64,000 nt of DNA from Stylophora pistillata (lineage: Eukaryota), in NCBI RefSeq assembly GCF_002571385.2, contig NW_019218206.1, forward strand, positions 179,902-243,901, given 5' to 3'. Shown in pieces: positions 54,801 through 64,000 of this stretch; position 1 is the first letter of the stretch, and each line of letters opens with the position of its first letter. The notes under the pieces are model-generated. The model saw nothing but the letters and a program-made list of their open reading frames with translations. It did no database searches and was not told where the DNA came from. A program made the translations under genes and the position numbers.

Positions 54801-57800
54801 TTCATCAGTCTGTAGGTAGGAAGCAAGTTTTTGTTGTGCTTGTTTCACATACGAAGTTATGGCATTCTCAATTTCTCGGATGGGGTTGCCTTCTTTAAGC
54901 TTGCTGAGTTTCTCGTCAAGTACCTTCCGAGCCTGGAGACGTTGCTCTCTGTTCCTTTTGGCGTTACACATTTCACCTTTCAGCTGATCGGACAAGCTGC
55001 AGAGCTGGCCGCTAATCCAGCTGTCAAATAGAGCAGAAAGATGAATTAACTACATGTTGAAAAGCGTTTTTTTCAATCGTTAAGTCGAATGCGAATAGTT
55101 TTTCTTAACTTTGTTTTCCTTCAGTCGTCTTTTGGATTGATTCTTAATTTCACAAGACCAGTGGAATGACGTTTATGCAAGCTTAGTATTTCGGATTTGT
55201 TTTCGAAAGTGAGCAAATACTCATTTCGAACACGATTTGGAAACATTTTGTAAGATCGTGATTTAAATGTTACCATTGGGAAACATTTTCCTGTAACTCT
55301 TTCCAGCCGTAAAAATGTATTCAGTCCGTAGGAAATCTGCAACGCCCTCTTCGATGGAAAATTGTCACATCCAGTTGGATTAATTAGCAATAATCTTTAT
55401 CCGTTGGCTTCTACAAACAGATTTATCCTCAAGGGCTGAGGGAACTTGGAAAAAGTTTTCCTTAGCAACGTTTGTGAAAGGTATTGGATAATTAAAATCA
55501 GTATGCAAATCTTCGGTCTTTAAATGATCAGCTGGGAGATGAAATGAAACTTACAAGTAGAAAAATTCTATTTTTCTCTCAATGCAAAGCGGCAGAAGAC
55601 GTTGTAGTCGATTCACAAGATTGTGGAGATCATCACCCATCACGTCGAATCTCTCTTTTACTTCTGCAGCTCTCAAGACAGACATCTTAATGATTTGGAA
55701 TTTTTCATCCAGTTCGGGAATAGTCTTTCTGAGAGTGTCGATGATGTGCCTTTCAGGATCTTGCTCCTGATTTCGGTTAGACTGCTTTTCCACCTCGTCC
55801 CACTTGTTACAGACAAAAATAGCAGATTCGGAAGTGATACCGCAGCCATCCTCCCCCTTGTAGAGTCTTACCCATTCGCTCAAGATTGGCATCAGCTGAA
55901 AGATTTATCACGAAAACTAAATGTAAAGAATGGAAAAACATCTCTGGTATCGGGGAATTTTTATAAAACTATTACAATCGGGTGGTGTATCTCTATAAGT
56001 GACACATACCTTGTGCTAAAATAAGTATAAAGTAACTCCTAAACATTTTATAAGACAGATGACGAGTCTCAAGTTTACCCTGTCCTGTTGTAATCCTCCG
56101 GCGTTTGGAGTGTTTACCACGTAAATAAAAGCGTAGGCTCGACTTAAGTATTTCAGGGTGATTTCACTGACACGCTTGGAATCGCCAATTCAAGGGCTGT
56201 CCACGATCACTACGCCACCCTAGAAGAGAGAAGAGCTGTTAGTTAATAAGAAATTGATCATAAATGAAGAGTGACTAAACTTTCTGCTTTTTAGTTGTGC
56301 GTAAACTTGTGGTGCGAAATCTCTTATTCACTTCGGCCTCCAGTGTAGGTATAGAGGCGAGAAACAGAGTACAGCCCAATGCAGAATAGAAAGCTAACAG
56401 CACAACACAGCACATTAACAACCTAGAGCGTCTAGCGATTTAAAGCATTCAAGAGGCCCCCGAAAGGTACAGTTGTCCACCGACTTCACTAATGATGTTG
56501 CCCATATACTACAGGGATCGAGGAAGGAAAGAGAAAAGCGTTTTGTGGGTTAGACTAAAGCGCTTATGCCTGTTACATGGCGGAGTCAGGAAAACCAGTG
56601 ATGGCAGACCAATCCCAAAACGGCAGAAATCGCCAAAGACCACAAAGCACACATACGGAGTGAGAAAGTTTTATTATCTTAAGCGGGAAATTTTACTATT
56701 TAGGAATATTAAGTGCTGTAAAGCGACCCTATTTCGTTCCCCATACTATTCCTCATGGCGCATTCAAATTCTCAACGGTTCCTCGCGTAACTTAACACAC
56801 AGGCTTTCATGAATTATATTTTGCCTGTCTTCGAGACGTGAGTTTGGAACGACTGTGGAAATACATAAAATACCCCTGTTAATTTTATTGTACGTTCGCA
56901 AAAAGTTTTGTCACCTTTAATAGTGGATTTGGAATCTTGATCTCTATCTTCTCGCACCAGTTTTCATCCTCTATTGGTTTTTGAATGTAATCTTTATACT
57001 TTTCAAATCTGTCCCCGGTAAGGACACGAGATGGCTTGCTTCTATTAGCCAAGTGCAGGACAGCTTCTTCGGTCACTCCATACGATATTTCACATATAGT
57101 CAATGTACTCTGCTTGATACTGGTTGGCATAATGCGTTCGCTAAGTAAGAGGTTAATAAGACTGCTTTTGCCAGCGCTGGTTTCTCCTGTTGTAGGAAAA
57201 TAGGAAGGGTTTTAAAGAAAGAAACACGAATTTCATTCTTACGATAGGGAATCTGAAAATTAGCCCTTTTACACCGCTGGATTAAAAGCGAATCGTACCT
57301 TCAGACAGATAATTTTTCGGACCCCGACCGAGCTACATGAGTTAACCTCTGAAAATAATTACCAAATGCCCCAGCGGTAAAGTCCTTTCAAGCACTAATT
57401 GAGGTGTTCCCTAGTCTTTCAACACGTCAATTACTTTTTGTTATTTTCAGTTTTCATTTCCCCCATAAGCTCGTCTCAAAGTTATCAGAGGATCACTTGC
57501 TGGAGGACTGCTAAGATTGCGAGGCGAAAAAACTGATGCAGACCAGGCCACTCTATGAGAACAGTGTTCCATGGCTTTCGTTGTAAGAGGATGCCGACAA
57601 CGAAAGTTCAATGATGAAATTGGTGAATCATGATCTAACCAAAGAAAACTTGGGGAAAAACCCTGAATTTTGTATGGGAACGATTAAAATGGTTTCAAGT
57701 TTACTGTTGCAAGACTTACCAAGAATGAGGACAGTGTATCTCTCGGTTGCGAGATCCCTAAGACATGCCTCAGCTTCCTTCCGAAAGTCATTTACTTCGG

Positions 57801-59244
57801 TCTCGCTCACTGCTCGTGTTGTCTTTAGGTAATCTTTAACTTTCAAATAGTACTCTTCTGGGACTCGTCGGCGGTCGCGTGTTTGCTCTATATCGTCTAA
57901 GATTCGCTGATATCCCTAAACAAAGAACGGTTATTTCATAAATGTAAAATCTTGGCCGGAAGTGTTTGTTCCTAAAAGTGCAAAGTCCCCTACCATTTTG
58001 ATTCATATGGTATGCCTATTTGCATGCTTCCAAAGTAGGAAAGAGACTGATGATTTTTATCGGCGTTCTGTCTATATGTGGGGAGTTTGAAGCCCTTTAG
58101 TGATTGATTGGGATTAATTTCACCTCCGCTGTTGCTCCGCTTACAAAGAATGGTCAGAATGTATACAAATCTCTACTCTACGTGCACGGCAGTCGTCTTG
58201 TTGTCTCAGACCTCTTTCTCGGGTCCGCTTCCGTTTCACACTAATACGCAATGGCCAATTTACACGTTTAAGTTTCTACTTCGTTTCCGCATCTACTTCC
58301 TGCGAAATCCGTGAAGATTAAGAGGAAATGCTTGTCAATAGGACTAATGTGTGAGATGAGCCTGTTGTCGATGTAAACCACGGAGTATTTTTAAAATAAA
58401 CGATGACATGCACAAATTTTTAGATACTTCGATTGTTTAACGGAAGCTCGCCCGGTCAGTGATGATCTACCTATAAATACATAAGTCAAGAAGAAACTTA
58501 ATTTTGAGAGATCAGCGCTTAGAACAAGCATGATTGAAGGAAAACAAAACCTTGCATCAACTTTGATATTCTGTTTACAACTTCATGCTTTTAGTGGAGT
58601 CGAGTAATCTATTCTATCTGTTACAAATGGTAACATTCATAATACGTGATGTACTGTTTATTTTAAAACAAGGTTCTGAAAACCATCGTACGTTTTCGAT
58701 GCTAAAACTTTTTTTGCTTTACTTTTTGACGAATTATACAAACATGTAAGTCTAGATGAAACATAGTGTCCAGTATTAAGCGCCCCGTACCCGGAAAAAC
58801 AGGCAGAAAACATACGTTCGCGTCAATTTTGAAATTTTGTGTACACAGTTTATGCTTTACGCGAAATGAAATTTCGTAGGTCTGCTCTCTGACATAAACG
58901 ATCACATTGCATGAGCATTGCACAAGGTTTTGGAAATCATACGACCTTGTCACTGATGTTACTTTTCAGTCAGTTGACGAAATGTAAAAATTTATAGTTT
59001 TGCATGTCTTCCGTGTAAATAAGGTATGTGTGTGTTTGACCTCGATTGATCGATGAGAGCTTACCTTCTCTAAAGTTCCATTTGTTTTCCTTAACTCAGC
59101 GACTCTCTTTTCGCGAAGTTCTTTTGCCCTCTCCATGTCGGTAACCTCTCTCTCTTTGACACATAGTAGCTCTAAATCTTGCGCGACCTCCAAAAGACTC
59201 TCGCTTCGCGGTCTAACGGACATCGGTTTCGACTGGCGTCTCAT
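51876..59244 (-). pseudogene. Dynamin-like GTPase / DSTYK-like kinase paralog C with an in-frame TGA in exon 4
   Basis: Exons 59065-59244, 57720-57915, 56915-57186, 56079-56219, 55555-55895, 53836-55020, 52927-53191 and 51876-52271 all keep phase. DSPG becomes DSP-TGA at 56190-56192. Confidence 0.8.
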
Positions 59245-61293
59245 CCTACTTTGAAGTCTAGTCACTGAAGGTGGTCATTAAAACTATCGAGTCTTTCGCG
59301 AGGATTAATTTAAGCTGAGTACAATAAGGCGTATGACTCAGTGGCCTTAGGTCTTCTGTGGAAAGTTCAAAGCTGTCGGAGCAGTGAATTCGAAGAGCGT
59401 CCCATTTCCGAAGAGTGACTGTCACGGAATGATACTAATTCAGGAAGTTCAACCTTTTCACCTATTTTTGTCATTTTATACAAGTGATCAGTTTACTTAA
59501 AGCAATAACGGAACTTACAGAAAAGAGGAAATCACGTATTCGTAAAATGTACTTTCGTGGCAAATTTCATCAAGACACGTATATAGATAGCGGAAAATCG
59601 TTCATAACGGAGCAAATATTTTTTGACAGTTTTACAGTCTTATCAAATGCAGAACTTGAACAGAGCTTAACCAGCCAGATTCTCTGATCACGAGGTGTCA
59701 TTTAAGCTTAATTCAAGCGCAAGAGATTCTAAATTTAATCGGGTTTTTTGCCGAAACCATTAGAGAGACAATGGATAGGCATTCAGTTAAACAAATGATA
59801 GTGTAGTGGCGTGTTGATCTGTCGCCTCGGTTTGTAGTTCTTTTGATTGACGTGACAGTGAAGACTATCCACTGCGAGTTACGTGATGATCAATCCTTCG
59901 TCGTATGTGAACGACTCGTTGTCAACGAATAATTATTTGAAATCTTTGTATGTTTTTTACTGCCACGCAGGGATAATTATCAAACGAACAATTGACGGTT
60001 TTTAGAAATTTCTTGTTGGAAACATGTAGCTTGACCTTCAATCAAACTGCAACTATGTTGATATCACGAGACTCCGGCGTTGTGCGTACGATACATTTAT
60101 CACGTTATCTGACATGGATAGAGTTTTCGCCCGGGCGGTTTGCCTGGGCATCTTTTGACTCAATTTCTCTTTCACCCCAGATATGCTTGTAGAGAAGGAC
60201 CTTCCGCTTTCAGCCTGCACAAATGTTATTACATCTATCCCAATAGCTTAGTTTTACTCCGAGTATCTGGGAAAAGTGTAGAAATGTAAATGTAGTACGT
60301 TATCTGAGAATTTCTCGGTGACGTGTTCGCTCATTATGGGACCCAAGATTGGTTGGACTAAGCTCAGATCATTGCGACGGAAGTCAATTCAAGGACATAA
60401 ACACTTTTGGGCAACGACTGTCTTTATTTCAACTGTCATACTATCCCTTAAAGCGTTGCCTACACAACATAATTTTCAATCAAATTTTTTTACAGTTAAA
60501 GCATACTGTAACAATCAAATAACAACTTGTCTAGTCATACTGTATAACAGCATTTTACGATAAACATGGTTTTAAAAATGACCTCAAGGTTAATTTTATT
60601 TCAGCATACTTCATTTTGAAATGATCGTCCCTCGACGGTCTAAAATGTCTAGTTAACTATCGAATAGTAAAAACTCCGTTCAGAATATCAGTTATACACA
60701 CCCTAAAATGATAAACTATTTTTTTTCCTAAATGCCAATCAGTGGGATTTGACTCAGGATATGAGTCGTCCTGGTTAGTTCTTTCACTCGCATTAAGCTT
60801 TGTTACTTATTCTCTGTCTCAAAATCTTTCATGGAAGGAAGTTGGGCAGATTAACGCTTACATGCTGAGGTGTTTGTGTGTGGCGTTTAGAACTGTAAAA
60901 CAGCACCTTTCAGCTTTAATAACAAAATAACAGTTATTATACTGAAATTCAGTTAAACACTCGTTGAGGTCTCCATGAGAAGACCTAAAAGCGTTATTAT
61001 CATAGCAAACCCTGTTGACGGATCATTTTGCTGCGTTCCGTAGTCGTTTTAGCTGGGATGCTAACAGACATCTACGGTGCAGCTTGCATTTAACTTCTTT
61101 AAAGGATGTTTAAGGACATTCGCAATGATTGAACATTGAGAAAATCGTACTGTCATACTCAACATCATTATCATAAGTACCAAAGCGTCCTTCATCACAC
61201 CCGAAGAAAGAGAGCCATTTGGCATTGAACAAAAAGGAACCTCTAACAATTTACAATCAAAGTTCCCCAGGGACAGGCGTCAGGAAATGTCAC

Positions 61294-64000
61294 CTATGCC
61301 AGATTACAATAATGCAGTAAAATCTGAAGCACAGGAACCAATACGCTGATAAATATTGAAGAGTGATATCGATATGATTGTGAACCGTCTTTTTCGTCGG
61401 GGTATGTTGGAATCCCTGGGATCCCTAGGTTCGTGTCTTGTTCTGTGGGGCGCGATGTGGTTGTACATGGCAGACGTGTCGGCTTGGTTTTGTACCGACA
61501 CAGTAGATCCGGCACCATGGCTTTTTGGCCAGAGTAATCCAATCGGTAACAAGAGAGCGTCCCTGGATCAATTGGCTCTCCGCATTCTACTTTCTGTAAA
61601 GTAAGAGGGAAGATACAAGCCATCTGGTAAGGGTGACAGCTAGAGTTGTAGCGAGGGGAGAAACCCGTCGGCTAAAGTGAAAAATTGAAACTTAACGGAA
61701 ATTTAATCAGAAGGACGAAAAAAAAAAAAAAAAACTGGTGTGGCCAGCTGAGTTTGGAGGAAGTGATTTTTGAGTAGCCTTCACTCAACACTCTACAATA
61801 AAGTATGGAGGAGTGTTACAAACTGCTGCTGATTCTTAATTTTGTGGTAACTGACCATTGCTTGAAAGTAAAAAAGCAAGAGGTTAATTGGTCTTTACGG
61901 GACTTTCGGAAAACCCCGACAGTGACACCAACAAGAACCCATCGGAATACAAATATATAAAAGACAATGGCTCTGCACGTTCGTGCATGAAAACTGTGTG
62001 CATTTTCAACAAAAGAAGAACGGGAGATCAACAAAGTTTGCAAAATCTGAGTTTGGGAAGGCTCCATTAACATGTTATGCTGAAAGGGAGTTCTGGCGAA
62101 GTTAAAGAAGTTTAACTTGTAGAATTAACTACTTTCGAGATCAGTCCTATGAGGAATAAAACTTCATTGTTGGGATGTCGTTTAATATGATGTCACCGTC
62201 ATAAATATCTTACTGTATGCTTAATAAGAAAAGAAGCCTTGGTTGTGCTCTGTTCTGTTCGAAAGCACGCAGGAAGCGGCTACAGAGAAAGAAATTTAGG
62301 GAAAAACACGAGACGTAGTCGAGTGTTTCTCTCCACTTCTCCCAGCTCGCTTGTCCCGAAATTTCACTTTCAGTTAACGAAAAAAAACTAGGGAGAAGTC
62401 CGGGAAATGGTCGGACATAGTACAAATTGCACGGCAGATGGCCTGACAGCTTTCGCTCAGCTAGGTACTCTGTACCCTGATAGTGCACCCTCTTTTGAAT
62501 CAATGACAGCGCATGTTATATCCGAACTTTACTACAATTCCTGTTAGGGAAAATAAAAAGTGATCAATTGAAAGATCCTCGTAAAACAGGAGGTACTTAC
62601 TGGTAACCCCTCCTCAGTATCCCAGTCAGCCGGGCAATCGATGCTGTTACAATATTGAACTTTCTCAGAAATACTGGGTTTCTTATTAGCAGCACAGCTT
62701 GTGCTTGGTCCATAATCTGTAGGGTTGATCTTCTTACGGCAGATAACTCCACGTGTTTGTACCCCATTGCCACACGATTTGGAGCATGGTGACCAATCAG
62801 TAGTGTGCCAACTGAAAGCAAAATTTCTTGAGTTACTTATAATAATGTTGCTGAATACACAAGACCGTGGCACACTGGCCTCTCTCTCTACGTCAAATGC
62901 CACACGACTACAAGCTACTCTACCGCAATAGATCATTCACATCAACGCTTAGATCTCCTTGCTCGAGATTTCAATCCTTGCTCGATTGAATGCGGAGCAG
63001 ACTCCCAAAATATCTTCTACCAAGAAAAATTCAGCTGCTGTGAGCCAACACCCTCCTCTGCTCCGTTGAAGAAGGCATCTGAAGCCATTAGCCAATATGA
63101 TTCAACCCAAACTCACGCTAGTGAGAAGAAGGAGATCATAAGTTCTTTTTTTCATTTAGTAATCAACTGTCAAGGATGTACACAGCACTTACTCCGAGGG
63201 ACAGTCCTTAACCTGGCATGATTCACTAACAATTTTCTCTCCACACGCCGCATCGCTGGCGGGTGTTTTGTCATCTGACCGTATACATCTCGCTGAACGT
63301 GTACGAACCCCTGCAAGTGAATACGCAAACCAATACCGTCAAGCTATTCCATCAGTACGGGTGGAATATCAGATGGTAGATAATCGAGAAGGAAAGAATC
63401 AGCTTCTGGCTTATATCAAATTAAGGCCAAACAGCGCGAATAAAATCAGAATTTCTTTCATTAAATTCATCCGACATCTTGATGAATCCTGTTCAATACA
63501 CTAAGCCGTCGTAAAAAAAAGAGAAAAGATAAATGAGTAATAAACGTAAGCCGGATCTACCTTGTGGAGGAAGGTGACCAGATTCCGTCACTACCCGGTT
63601 TTTTCAAGAAAAGCTGTTTCATACATGACGTATCATTTCATGGATTTACTGTAATACCTTCTATGTTGAGGATATCTGTCGCCGAGCTCAGGCGAATTTA
63701 CTCAAATTCTCATCTTGAAAGAAAATTACAGCTAAAACTCCGGCTGGTCGTAATATGGCTGAGCACTACCTTTATTATGATAAATCAAACAGTTGGTTTG
63801 CCTGGACTTATCGAGAACAACAAAAAGACGTGCGCAAGAGAACAGAAACGCGCAAGATTTCTCTTTCCCGCTTGCACCGCTGAATCCCTCGCACCTAGTT
63901 CAAAGTTTATACCTTGGCCACACGTTGTGGAACAGAGGGACCACGGAGATGTCTCCTTCCATTCGTATTTATTCTCAGGCGGTGTGTCGGAAGGTTGAAC
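61294..64000 (-). pseudogene. 3' part of an ADAMTS/ADAMTSL-like TSP1-repeat gene, degenerate; continues beyond the window
   Basis: Exons: 63913->64000 (KYEWKETSPWSLCSTTCGQG), 63561-63657 (contains a TGA), 62601-62811 (WHTTDWSPCSKSCGNGVQTR...CPADW), a decayed exon at ~62410-62540, and 61294-61593 ending in the hydrophobic tail SIFISVLVPVLQILL. Confidence 0.7.

Noticed and set aside
56190-56192. Selenocysteine codon or programmed readthrough
   Set aside because: The homologous residue is an invariant Gly, not Cys. A single GGA>TGA change explains it, and I did not recognise a SECIS element.

Overview
Eukaryotic, intron-containing, AT-rich DNA. The repeat content suggests an invertebrate, probably a cnidarian or coral (inference). 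The window has three main components. (1) A minus-strand tandem cluster of 8-exon genes encoding a ~986-aa fusion of a dynamin/mitofusin-like GTPase (G1-G4 intact), a helical stalk with a hydrophobic hairpin, and a DSTYK-like protein kinase. Copy B (15644-27751) is complete. Copy A (5003-11062) is a near-identical duplicate across an N-gap and is probably an uncollapsed haplotype. Copy C (51876-59244) is a diverged paralog with a nonsense codon at the G3 glycine. (2) A ~16-kb, mildly decayed Polinton/Maverick (adintovirus-type endogenous virus) at 29195-~45297 between the paralogs. It encodes pPolB, rve integrase, a PLA2-domain protein, packaging ATPase, a putative SSB, a 2-TM protein, a collagen fibre, adenain protease, core proteins, and major and minor capsid proteins. 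Its integrase and protease both lack an AUG upstream of their first catalytic residue. Each lies in the -1 frame of an overlapping upstream virion-protein ORF that carries slippery heptamers, a retrovirus gag-pro/gag-pol-like arrangement. Most other gene junctions carry near-perfect AT-rich hairpins. (3) Degenerate ADAMTS-like TSP1 exons at both ends of the window, plus many TEs: a 4.3-kb TTAA-flanked long-TIR element containing a SINE and a minimal hammerhead-ribozyme-like motif, MITEs, tRNA-SINEs and a Harbinger-like remnant.
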